From the NCBI GenBank assembly GCA_030390025.1, contig CM059432.1, positions 62,126,001-62,190,000 on the forward strand: 64,000 nt of DNA, read 5' to 3'. How positions within the stretch are numbered: position 1 is the stretch's first letter; each line of letters opens with the position of its first letter. Below the pieces are notes generated by a model. It was given only the letters and a program-made list of their open reading frames with translations, was not told the origin of the DNA and searched no databases. Both the position numbers and the translations under genes were made by a program. Positions 37,362-49,120 of this stretch are shown one piece after another. Origin of the DNA: Squalus acanthias. Its lineage: Eukaryota.

Positions 37362-37685
37362 CATAGTGAGTGGCAGTCTATTTAACTTGGGGTGGTGGAG
37401 CGAGGTGGGAGAGGTGATAACTCTATAGCCAAGCCAGATTCTTTCCTCACATTACCCACACATACACTTCCAGCAGTGGTCCCTAGATAGCAATCAGGAG
37501 TGGAAATCCTATCCAATTTTCCCCTCCCTAACACACACAAGGATACTGGACCAACTGCAGTGTCACTACACAACTCTAGCTGAGATCATCTAAATCCTCA
37601 CATATTGGGAATTGAGCTAGGACCTTCTTACCCTGTAAAGCTCAGTTACTCATGAGATAAGTTCACTCAGTGATCAAGGGAGCCA
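37362..37685 (-). mobile_element. LF-SINE, diverged
   Basis: Inverted LF-SINE blocks: agtgagtggcagtctatt, cacttccagcag, gatagcaatcaggag, ttttcccctcccta and agctgagatca. Confidence 0.72.
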
Positions 37686-38920
37686 TGACCTTGACACGTC
37701 ATACATCTACGCATCAACAGGGGAGAAATTATTATGGCTCACTAATTTTATTCCTCCGACCCATACTTATCTCCCTTCACCTCCCGAAGGGATTGACTCA
37801 TGATGGAGTAGAGTTCCTTAATGCCAGCAGTCCTCCAGGACCTTGCCCTCGCAGCCATTGTGTGCATCTAGACACAGTGTCAACCGGCAATTTGACTTTT
37901 TAAGAGTACCACTGTGTTTGATTCTATAAGAACATAAAAACATAAGAAATAGGAGCAGGAATAGGCCATATGGCCCCTCGAGCCTGCTCCACCATTCAAT
38001 AAGATGATGGCTGATCTTCCACCTCAACTTCACCTTGCCGCAATATTTCCATATCCTTTGATTCCCTTCATATCCAAAAATCTGTCGATCTCTGTCTTGA
38101 ATATACTCAACGACTGAGCAATCACAGCTCTCTAGGGTAGAGAATTCCAAAGATTCACCACCCTCTGAGTGAAGAAATTTCTCCTCATCTCAGTCCTAAA
38201 TGGCCGACCCCTTATTCTGAGACTGACCCCGAGTTCTGGACTCCCCAGCCAAGGGAAACATCCTCACTGCATCTACCCTGTCAAGCCCTGTAAGAATTGT
38301 ATATGTTTCAGTGAGATCACCTCTCATTCTTCTAAACTCTTGGGAATATAGCCCTAGTCTCCTCAATCTCTCCTCATAGGACAATCCACTCATCCCAGGA
38401 ATCAGTCTAGTGAACCTTCATTGCACTCCCTCTAAGGCAAGTATATCCTTCCTTAGGTAAGGAGACCAAAACTGTACACAATACTCCAGGTGAGGTCTCA
38501 CCAAGGCCCTATATAATTGTAGTAAGACTTCTTTACTCTTATACTCCAATCCCTTTGTAAGAAAGGCTAACATACCATTTGTTTTCCTAATTGCTTGCTG
38601 TACCTGCATGTTAAATTTCTGTGATTCATGTACAAGGACACCCAGGTCCCCCTGGATACGAACATTTCTGTCTCTCACCATTTAAAAATATTCTGTTTTT
38701 CTATTTTCCTACCAAAGTGGCTAACTTCACACTTATCGACATTATATTCCATCTGCCACCTTATTTCCCACTCACTTAACCTGTCTATATTCCTTTGCAG
38801 CCTCTTTGCGTCCTCCTCAGCTTACAGTCCCAGCTAACTTTGTATCGTCAGCAAACTTTGATACATTACACTCGGTCCCCTCATCTAAGTCATTGATATA
38901 GATTATAAATCATAAGAACA

Positions 38921-39327
38921 TTAGCACTGGTGCCTCACAGCGCCAGAGACCCGGGTTCGAATCTGACCTCGGGTGACTGTCTGTGTGGAGTTTGCACATT
39001 CTCCCCGTGTCTGCGTGGGTTTCCTCCGGGTGCTCCGGTTTCCTCCCACAGTCCAAAAATGTGTGGGTTAGGTTGATTTGGCTATGATAAATTGACCCTT
39101 AGTGTTAAGGGGGATTAAATATGTGGGGTTATGGGGATAGGATGGGATATGTTAGGGGGAATTAAATACGTGGGGTTACGGGGGTAGGGTGGGATATGTG
39201 TACTGTGGGGATTAAAGCAGGGACAGGGTACTGGATTTGGATGATCAGCCATGATCGTATTGAATGGCGGAGCAGGCTCGACGGGCCGAATGGCCTACTC
39301 CTGCTCCTAGATTCTATGTTTCTATGT
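38921..39327 (+). mobile_element. HE1-type V-SINE (tRNA-derived, CR1/HER1-derived tail), 5'-clipped
   Basis: B box GGTTCGAATC (38954-38963), V-domain ctgtgtggagtttgcacattctccccgtgtctgcgtgggtttcctccgggtgctccggtttcctccca, and a 3' tail shared with the CR1 3'UTR. Confidence 0.92.
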
Positions 39328-40803
39328 AACATAAGAACATAAGAACATAAGAAATAGGAGCAGGAGTAGACCAATCGGCCCCTCGAGCCTGCTCCGCCAT
39401 TCAATGAGATCATGGCTGATCTGATCCAACCTCAACTCTAAAGAACACAAGAAGTAGGAGCAGGACCAGGCCACTCGGCCCCTGGGCCCGCTCCGCCACC
39501 CACAGGGCCTTGACCGATCCGAACTCACTCATGTCCAATTTCCAGCCCGCTCCCCGTAACCCCTAATTCCCTTTACTTCTAGGAAACGGTCTATTTCTGT
39601 TTTAAATTTATTTAATGAAGTAGCTTCCACAGCTTCCTGGGGTAGCAAATTCCACAGACCCACTACCCTCTGAGTGAAAAAGTTTCTCCTCATCTCAGTT
39701 TTGAAAGAGCAGCCCCTTATTCTAAGTTTATGTCCCCTAGTTCTAGTTTCACCCATCATTGGGAACATCCTCACCGCGTCCACCCGATCAAGCCCCTTCA
39801 CAATCTTATATGTTTCAATAAGATCGCCTCTCATTCTTCTGAACTCCAATGAGTAGAGTCCCAATCTACTCAACCTCTCCTCGTATGTCCACCCCCTCAT
39901 CCCTGGAATTAACCGAGTGAACCTTCTTTGTACTGCCTCGAGAGCAAGTATGTCTTTTCTTAAGTATGGACACCAAAACTGTATGCAGTACTCCAGGTGT
40001 GGTCTCACCAATACCCTATACAACTGCAGCAATACCTCCCTGTTTTTATATTCTATCCCCCTAGCAATAAAAGCCAACATTCCATTGGCTTTCTTGATCA
40101 CCTGCTGCACCTGCATACTAACTTTTTGATTTTCTTGCACCAAGACCCCCAGATCCCTTTGTACTGCAGTACTTTCCAGTTTCTCGCCATTAAGATAATA
40201 ACTTGCTCTCTGATTTTTCCTGCCAAAGTGCATAACCTCACATTTTCCAATATTGTATTGCATCTGCCAAATCTCTGCCCACTCACCCAGCCTGTCTATA
40301 TCCCCTTGTAGGTTTTTTATGTCCTCCTCACTCTCTACTTTCCCTCCCATCTTTGTATCATCTGCAAACTTTGATACGTTACACTCGGTCCCCCCCTCCA
40401 AATCGTTAATATAGATTGTAAAGAGTTGGGGACCCAGCACCGACCCCTGCGGAACACCACTGGCTACTGGTTGCCAGTCCGAGAATGAACCATTTATCCC
40501 AACTCTCTGCTTCCTGTTAGATAACCAATCCTCCACCCATGCCAGAATATTACCCCCAATCCAGTGATTTTTTTATCTTGAGTAATAATCTTTTATGTGG
40601 CACCTTGTCGAATGCCTTCTGGAAGTCTAAATACACTACATCCACTGGTTCCCCTTTATCCACCCTGTACGTTATGTCCTCAAAGAACTCGAGCAAATTT
40701 GTCAGACATGACTTCCCCTTCATAAAGCCATGCTGACTTTGTCCTATTAAATTATGTTTATCTAAATGTTCCGTTACTGTCTCCTTAATAATAGACTCCA
40801 TAA
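39328..40803 (-). mobile_element. CR1 'B', 5'-truncated, with two tandem 3' ends
   Basis: ORF 39529..40536 is an intact RT C-terminal half. Tails are at 39328 (plus 38911-38920) and at 39441. Confidence 0.93.
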
Positions 40804-40860
40804 TAAAATCCTTGCGGTACCCCACTAGTTACAGCCTGCCAACCTGAAAATTACCCATTT

Positions 40861-43081
40861 AAGAACATAACATAAGAAATAGGAGCAGGAATAGGCCACT
40901 TGGCCCCTCGAGCCTGCTCCGCCATTCAATAAGATCATGGCTGATCTTGGGCTCAAAGCCACTTCCCCGCCCACTCCCCATAACCCTTCACTCCCTTATC
41001 TTGCAAAAATCTGTCTATCTCCACCTTAAACGTATTTAATGACTCAGCCTCCACAGCTCTCTGGGACAGAGAATTCCACAGATTTACGACCCTCTGAGAG
41101 AAGAAATTCCTCCTCAACTCATTTCTAAAAGGGCGACCCTTTATTCTAAAACTGTGCCCCCGCGTTCTAGATTTACCCACGAGATGAAACATCCTCTCTG
41201 CATCTACCTTGTCGTGCCCCTTCAGTATCTTATATGTTTCGATAAGATCACCTCTCATTCTTCTAAATTCCAATGAGTATAGGCCCAGCCTGCTCAACCT
41301 TTCCTCATAAGTCAACCCCCACATATCTGGAATTAACCTAGTGAATCGTCTCTGAACTGCCTCTAATGCAAGTATATCCTTCCTTAAGTAAGGAGACCAA
41401 AACTGTACGCAGTTCTCAAGGTGTGGTCTCACCAATACCCTGTACAGTTGTAGCAGGACTTCCCTGGTTTTATGCTCCAGCCCCTTTGAAATAAAGGCCA
41501 ACATTCCATTTGCCTTTTTGATTGCTTGCTGTACCTGCATGCTAACTTTTTGTGTTTCATGCACAAGGACCCCCAGGTACCTCTGAACTGTAGCATTTTG
41601 AAATCTCTCTCCATTTAAATAATAATTTGCTTTTTTATTTTTCCTGCACTTTCCCACATTATACTCCATCTGCCAAATGTTTGCCCACTCACTTAGCCTG
41701 TCTATATCCCTTTGCAGGTTCTTTGAGTCCTCTGCACAACTTGCTTTCCCACCCATCTTTGTATCATCTGCAAACTTGGCTACATTACACTCGGTCCCTT
41801 CATCCAAGTCATTAATGTAGATTGTAAATAGTTGAGGCCCCAGCACCGATCCCTGTGGCACCCCACTAGTTACCATTTGTCAACCGGAAAATGACCCATT
41901 TATCCTGACTCTCTGCTTTCTGTTAGTTAGCCAATTCTCTATCCATGCTAATATACTACCCCCAATTCCGAGAGCTCTTATCTTATGCAGTCACCTTTTA
42001 TGTGGCATCTTATCGAATGCTTTCTGGAAATCCAAATACACCACATCCACTGGTTTACCTTTGTCCACCCTGCTCGTTACCTCCTCAAAGAACTCCAGTA
42101 AATGTGTCAAACATGATTTCCCTTTCATAAAACCATGCTGACTCTGCCTGACTGCATTATGATTTTCCAAATGCCCTGCTACTGCTTCCTTAATGAAGGA
42201 CTCCAGCATTTTCCCAACGACAGATATTAGGCTAACTGGTCTATAGTTTCCTGCTTTCTGTCTCCCTCCTTTCTTAAATAGGGGTGTTACATTTGCGGTT
42301 TTCCAATCTGCTGGGACCTCTCCAGAGTCCAGGGAATTTTGGTATATTGCAACCACTATCTCTGCAGCCACTTCTTTTAAGACCGTGGGATGCAGGCTAT
42401 CTGGTCCAGGGGACTTGTCATCTTTTAGTCCCATTATTTCCTTAGTAATAGTGATTGTCTTTAGTTCCCCCCTCCCTGTGGCCCCTTGATTATCCATTAT
42501 TGGGATGCTGTTAGTGTCTTCTACCGTGAAGACAGATATAAAATATTTGTTCAGCGTCTCTGCCATTTCCCCGTTCCCCATTATTAATTCCCCAGTCTCA
42601 TCCTCTAAGGGGCCAACGTTTACTTTAGCTACCCTCTTCCTTTTTATATACCTGTAGAAGCTCGTACTATCTGTTTTAATGTTTCTTGCCAGCTTACTCT
42701 CATAATTCATCTTTTCTCTAATATCTTTTTAGTCATCCTTTGCTGGTTTTTAAAAATTTCCCAATCCTCTGGTCTCCCACCAAACTTGGCAACATTGTAT
42801 GCCTTCGTTTTCAATTTGATACCATCCTTTACTTCCTTAGTTAGCCACGGATGGTGCTCCCTTCTCTTAAAATCTTTCTTTCTCACTGGAATATATTTTT
42901 GTTGAGAGTTATGAAATATCTCCTTAAATGTCCGCCACTGCATTTCAATTGTCTTACCCTTTAATTTATTTTTCCAGTCCACTTTAGCCAGTTCTGCCCT
43001 CATGCCACTGTAATTGCCTTTGTTTAAGATCAGGACCCTGGTTTTGAGATACAACTTTCTCACCCTCCAACTGAATTTGAA
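40861..43081 (-). mobile_element. CR1 'C', 5'-truncated
   Basis: Tail aagaacataacataagaa at 40861. ORFs at 40953, 41991 and 42707 (part). ATTT is on both flanks. Confidence 0.93.
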
Positions 43082-43340
43082 ATTTATTCCTATCCCCTCT
43101 TTTCTGTCCCTTAACCAATCCTCAATCCATGCTAATATATTACCCCCAATCCCATGAGCCCTAATTTTGTGTAATATCCTTTTGTGTGGCACCTTATCGA
43201 ATGCTTTTTGAAAATCCAAATACGCTATACCCACTGGTTCCCCCTTATTTACCCTGCTAGTTACAACCTCAAAAAACACTTAGATTTGTCAAACACTATT
43301 TCCCTTTCATAAAACCACGTTGACTCTGCCCAATCATTTT

Positions 43341-44053
43341 GGGCCGGATTTTCTGACCCCCACGGGTGCGTACAAGGTGTGTACGCACCCATAGGGGCTG
43401 AGCAAGTGCCGATTTCAGGCATGCGAAGCGCAAGAGCTAAAACCCAGCACTTGCGATCTGTCAAGAATCCTCTTGACTGATCGCACGCATGCCCAGGAGA
43501 AGGGTCTCCGCGGGCAGGGAGTTGCGCGTTCTGCACAACATCCACCTGCTTTTACCAGCATAAGAGTTTTTTAAAAATAACATTTTTTCACTGATATTTT
43601 TAATTTTAAAATACTTTTTAAAAAGGTAAGTTTATTTTTAGCCCCGTAAAAAACTTGAATTATTTTTTTCAAAAAATTAAATTTTTGTTTAAAATATTTA
43701 ATTTAATGTCATTTTAATACATTTTAAATGTGATTTTTAAAAAATGTTTATTTAATGTTTTACTGTTTTTTAAGTGATCCCCATTCACACTTTTAACAGT
43801 TCTGTGCGTAGAGACCTGTCAAAAGTGTGAAAGGGGATTCCCTTCTTTGATTGGTTCTCCATGGCCCACGTGATCCCAGGGACGCTTGTGAATCGCATGC
43901 GCTCGTTGGGATACCTGGGCCTTTGCACATTTCGTAGAGCAAAGGCCCAGGATCGCAAGCTTCGGGACCTACGGAGCCAGCAGGTAAGTTGGTAGATTTT
44001 TTTCCAATCGGAGGCATCGCCCGCACGAAGCCTACGATCGGAAATTCAGGCCC
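43341..44053 (+). mobile_element. Harbinger-like MITE family A, complete
   Basis: Termini GGGCCGGATTTTCTGA and TCGGAAATTCAGGCCC. Flanks TTT/ATT. It splits CR1 A between the ENHN and DWAES (IGQSQ) segments. Confidence 0.88.
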
Positions 44054-45674
44054 ATTATGATTTTCTAAGTGCCCTGTTATCACATCCCCAATAATAGATT
44101 CTAGCATTTTCCCTACTACTGATGTCAGGCTAACTGGCCTATAGTTCCCTGTTTTCTCTCCCTCCTTTCTTGAATTTTCTCCTCATCCCTACAAATACAC
44201 ATGCTCATTTTCCAGTAGAGGTCCTAATACTCAGGTACAGGAACCTTTGCCCTTCTCTACTAGAGCTCCTTGACACTCTTTCTCCTGCCCCCTCCTCTCC
44301 TCCTCCCCCCCCGCCCCCCCCCCCCTTAGACATTGACAGTAGTTGTAGTACCCCTATTGCTGCTGGGCTGAGGTCAACTAACTAGGTAATAGGCCAGAGA
44401 TTGAATTTGGTTGTCTGCCTTTGCATTTACAGTATATTTACTGACTAACAGAGCCTTATATAGAAAGTGTTTCCAGAATTTATAGACTTGTGTTTTATTA
44501 CATTGTGCTGTGCAGTTTTTAAAGGGCAAACAAATATAAATTATATTTGTGGAGAACCTGAAAAGTTGTATGCAGAATACTTGACAAGGCACTGAAATTT
44601 ATTGGGAAATAAAATTCCAAGTGACAATCGACGCCATAAATAGAACATATTGAACAGAGATTTATTAATTTTACCCATCCTGCTTGTATCATACATATGC
44701 ATGGTGTGGCATTGTTTTTAATTTTCACTTTTAATTACCCTCTTATCTCCTAACTCCAGTTTCTCCCTATTTCATAGTATTTATAGCACAGAAACAGGCC
44801 TTTTGGCCCAACAGGTCCATGCCGGTGTTTAGGCTCCACACGAACCTCATCCCACACTACTTCATCCAACTCCATCAACCTATCCTTGTTTTCCTTTCTC
44901 CCTGATGTGTTTATCTACCTTCCCCTTAAATGCATCTATGCTAGTCGCCTCAACTACTCCTTGTGGCAGGGAGTTCCACATTCTAACCACTCTCTGGGTA
45001 AAGAGGCTTCTTCTGAATTCCCTATTGTATTTATTAGTGACTACCTTATATTTATAGCCCCTAGCTCTGGTCTCCCCCACAGCTGGAAACATCTTCTCTA
45101 CGTCTACTCTATCACACCCTTTCATAACCTTAAAGACCTCTATTAGGTCACCCCTCAATCTTCTCTTTTCTAGAGAAAGGAGCCCCAGTCTATTCAGTCT
45201 TTCTTGATATATATAACATCTCAGTTCTGGCATTATTCTAGTAAATCTTTCTTGCACCTTCTCCATTGTCTCTATATCAGTTTTATAATATGGAGACCAC
45301 ACTGTTCACAGTACTCCCAAGTGTGGTCCAACCAAGGTTCTATACCAGTTTAACATAACTTCTCTGCTTTTCAGTTCTATCCCTCTAGAGATGGACCCCA
45401 GTGCTTGGTTTGGCCTGATTAACCCGCATCGCTACTTTTAGTGATTTATGTATCTCTACCCCTAGATACCTCTGCTACTCTACCCCATTTAGACACTTAT
45501 TTTCCAAGGCGTATGTGGCCTTCTTATTCTTCCTACCAAACTGTACTACCTCACACTTATCTATATTGAAGTTAATTTGCCAATTACATGCCCATTCTGC
45601 AAGTTTATTAATTTCTTCCTGTATTTTATCTCAGTCCTCCTCTGTATTAACTACCCCCCCCCCCCCCCCCCCCC

Positions 45675-45847
45675 ACTGCAACAGCGCAGCCAGTGTCAGA
45701 GCAGTGAATGACTGACAGCAACTTCAGGATTTCCACATTGGGATGCGCATGCGCTACATCCTGAAATTGAAATTGCGGTTAGTTTCAAAGGGGTAATAAC
45801 AGCAAAAGCTGTTCGTTCGCTGTTATTACCCACAGCAAATCCGGGCC
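45675..45847. mobile_element. One-ended Harbinger-like MITE fragment
   Basis: Ends CAGCAAATCCGGGCC|ATT. Internal palindromes ggtaataacagc...gctgttattacc and gcgcatgcgc. It replaces part of the CR1 RT. Confidence 0.6.
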
Positions 45848-46098
45848 ATTACGTCAACTGCATTACCCTTATCTACCCTTTCTGTTACTTCGTCAAAGAA
45901 TTCAATAAGGTTGGTCAAGCATGACCTTCCCTTTTGAAATCCGTGTTGACTACCCTTTATTATATTTTCAGTTTCTAGATGTTTTCCTATTGCATCATTG
46001 AATAAGGATTTCATTATCTTTCCTAGTGCCGACATTATGCTAATTGGTCTATAGCTGCCTGGACTTGTTCTATCTCCCATTTAAATATAGGAATCACA

Positions 46099-46407
46099 TT
46101 CCTCTGGCTGGAGAGTCTAGAACCAGGGGTCACCGTCTCAGAATAAGGGGTCGGCCATTTAGGACTGAGATGAGGAGAAATTTCTTCATTCAGAGGGTGG
46201 TGAATCTTTGGAATTCTCTACCCCAGACCCCACAGGGCTGTGGAGGCTCGGTCGTTGAGTATATTCAAGACAGAGATTGATAGATTTTTGAATATTAAGG
46301 GAATCAAGGGATATGGAGATAGTGCAGGAAAGTGGAGATGAGGTAGATCATTAGCCATGATCTTCTTGAATGGGCCAAATTGTCTACTCCTATTTCTTAT
46401 GTTCTTA
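46099..46407 (+). mobile_element. CR1 short 3' fragment, inserted antisense into another CR1
   Basis: PLAGESRTRGHRLRIRGRPFRTEMRRNFF plus a ttcttatgttctt tail. The host cacatt|agctgtcc resumes afterwards. Confidence 0.88.
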
Positions 46408-46450
46408 ATAGCTGTCCGCCAGTCCTTTGGCACTATTCTAATAAATGTTT

Positions 46451-46475
46451 ATATATATATATATATATATATATA
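46451..46475. repeat. (AT)n microsatellite
   Basis: Visible atatatat run. Confidence 0.9.
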
Positions 46476-46969
46476 ATAGGGCCTCTTCCCTAACTTCTTT
46501 TAATATGCACCTATGGTGTTCTCTGTGGATGCAGTACCTTTGGATAGCAACCTACTCTTAAGCCTTTGATAGTGCAGCTCTGAACTAGATGTCATGAAGC
46601 ACACACTGTGGCTAAGCAGCTATGGTTAATTCTCCCGACTTCGCTCGCCCCCCCCCCCCCCCGCCACAACCTCACTTTCCTGGTAGGGTGTCACCTGGCT
46701 TCTGTGAGACATTAACATAGCTAAGATCGAGAGCTTAGTATCGAGAGGAATTGAAGCTGCATTCCACTATTTTATTTCCAGAGTTGGTGCTCCACAATGA
46801 TGCATTATGATATAAAGAATCATTTTTGATTATTGTCAAGTTATTCTTCTTACTAATTAAAGTAATGTTCATGTTGGGGAATTGAATGATTTCTACTTTT
46901 TGTGCTCAGTGTTAGTACTGAGTACTTCTGGATCAGGTATAGCACAGAACAGATGAAGTACTTCAACAA

Positions 46970-47851
46970 GGAAGGAGACAGAAAGCAGGAAACTATAGAC
47001 CAGTTAGCCTAATATCTGTCGTTGGGAAAATGCTGGAGTCCTTCATTAAGGAAGCAGTAGCAGTGCATTTGGAAAATCATAATGCAGTCAAGCAGAGTCA
47101 GCATGGTTTTATGAAAGGGAAATCATGTTTGACACATTTGCTGGAGTTCTTTGAGGATGTAATGAGCAGGGTGGACAAAGGTGAGCCAGTGGATGTGGTG
47201 TATTTGGATTTCCAGAAGGCATTCGATAAGGTGCCACATAAAAGGTGACTGCATAAGATAAGAGCTCACGGAGTTGGGGGTAATATATTAGCATGGATAG
47301 AGAATTGGCTAACTAACAGAAAGCAGACAGTCGTGATAAATGGGTCATTTTCCGGTTGGCAAACGGTAACTAGTGGGGTGCCATAGGGATCGGTGTTGGG
47401 GCCTCAACTATTTACAATCTACATTAATGACTTGGATGAAGGGACCGAGTGTAATGTAGCCAAGTTTGCGGATGATACAAAGATGGGTGGGAAAGCAAGT
47501 TGTGCAGAGGACTCAAAGGGGGAAAAATTAGGTCGCGCCCCATTTGGGGCGCAAATATCGTCTGGACGCAAATATTAGCGCCTGGCGCTAATTATCGCCA
47601 CCGACTGGAAACTTCACTTTTACCGCCCCGGGAGGTGAGTGGAGCGCTAAATCAGGCGCTGCACACCTGTCTTAAGGCGCAAAGGCCGAGCAGTGAGGCG
47701 CTAACTCAGCGCGCGAGCGCAGCGCAGCTGCTGCCAGTTAGCGAGGGAACACAGACACACTGGCGCCGGCCAGTTCTTAAAGCGGGGGGGGGGCCAACTG
47801 TTAGGATCAGTAGGCAAAACTACCTCACAAAGCGTTGACTCAATGCAGAAG

Positions 47852-47897
<46 letters not shown>

Positions 47898-49120
47898 AAC
47901 GAGTGGTGCAAAAATGTCAACCACAGAAAAAGACAGGAAGAGGCCCCCTTTAAATAGCGCCCCCCCCAGCCCCACAGCGATTGATAGCGTTCCAGTCTTC
48001 CGGTCGTTGGATGCGCCAGGCGGTAAGGCAGGGGGCGCCACTCAATTTGCGCTCCGGGGCGCCACAAGGGCGTTGCACCATGGAATGACGTCACAATCTG
48101 CGCGCGCAGGTGGTCGCAGCGGTAAAGTTTAGCGCCGCCGCACAATGTCTAGTTAAGTTCCCGAGCGGCGCAAACAGCGCTGCGCCCGGGCGTTAGCGTC
48201 TTTGCGCCCCATTAGCGCCCTCTTAAGGCGCTAACGGGAGGCGCAACCAACTGAATTTTTACCCCAAAGAATTTGCAAAGGGATATAGACAGGCTAAGTG
48301 AGTGGGCAAACATTTGGCAGATGGAGTATAATGTGGGAAAGTGTGAGGTTATCCACCTTGGCAGGAAAAATAAAAAAGCAAATTATTATTTAAATGGAGA
48401 GAGATTTCAAAATGCTACAGTTCAGAGGTACCTGGGGGTCCTTGTGCATGAAACACAAAAAGTTAGCATGCAGGTACAGCAAGTAATCAAAAAGGCAAAT
48501 GGAATGTTGGCCTTTATTGCAAGGGGGTTGGAGCATAAAAGCAGGGAAGCCCTGCTGCAACTGCACAGGGTATTGGTGAGACCACACCTTGAGTACTGCG
48601 TACAGTTTTGGTCTCCTTATTTAAGGAAGGATATACTTGCATTGGAAGCAGTTCAGAGACGATTTGCTAGGTTAATTCCAGATATGAGGGGGTTGACTTA
48701 TGAAGAAAGGTTGAGCAGGTTGGGCCTATACTCATTGGAATTTAGAAGAATGAGAGGTGATCTTATTGAAACATATAAGATACTGAGGGGACTCGACAAG
48801 GTAGATGCAGAGAGGATGTTTCCCCTCGTGGGGAATCTAGAACTCGGGGGCATAGTTTCAGAATAAAGGGTCGCCCTTTTAGAAATGAGATGAGGAAGAA
48901 TTTCTTCTCTCAGAGCGTCGTAAATCTGTGGAATTCTCTGCCCCAGTCATTAAATACATTTAAGGTGGAGATAGACAGATTTTTGCAAGATAAGGGAGTG
49001 AAGGGTTATGGGGAGCGGGCAGGGAAGTGGCTTTGAGCCCCAGATCAGCCATGATATTGAATGGCGGAGCAGGCTCGGGGGGCCAAGTGACCTATTCCTG
49101 CTCCTATTTCTTATGTTCTT
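46970..49120 (+). mobile_element. CR1 'D', 5'-truncated, interrupted by a family B MITE
   Basis: ORFs at 47030, 47393 and 48273. Tail ttcttatgttctt. AACAA at 46965-46969 and 49121-49125. Confidence 0.93.
47518..48265 (-). mobile_element. Harbinger-like MITE family B, complete
   Basis: Termini GGGGGAAAAATTAG and CTGAATTTTTACCCC. Perfect AAA duplication at 47515-47517 and 48266-48268; removing it restores the CR1 peptide EDSKNLQR. (TC)n at about 47861-47895. Confidence 0.92.

Larger units (their letters stand above)
37927..44170 (-). mobile_element. Host CR1 'A', present in four pieces: 37927-38910, about 40808-40860, about 43082-43340 and 44054-44170
   Basis: The pieces join colinearly when compared with the uninterrupted copy at 663-2085. 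Confidence 0.85.
44773..46510 (-). mobile_element. CR1, second subfamily, with an internal deletion and two insertions
   Basis: ORF 44880..45302 and ORF 45826..46080 (YRPISIMS...QHGFQKGRSCLTNLIEFF). Confidence 0.88.

Noticed and set aside
38921..38970. tRNA gene
   Set aside because: The B-box region continues into a V-domain and LINE tail, so it is a SINE head and not a full cloverleaf.
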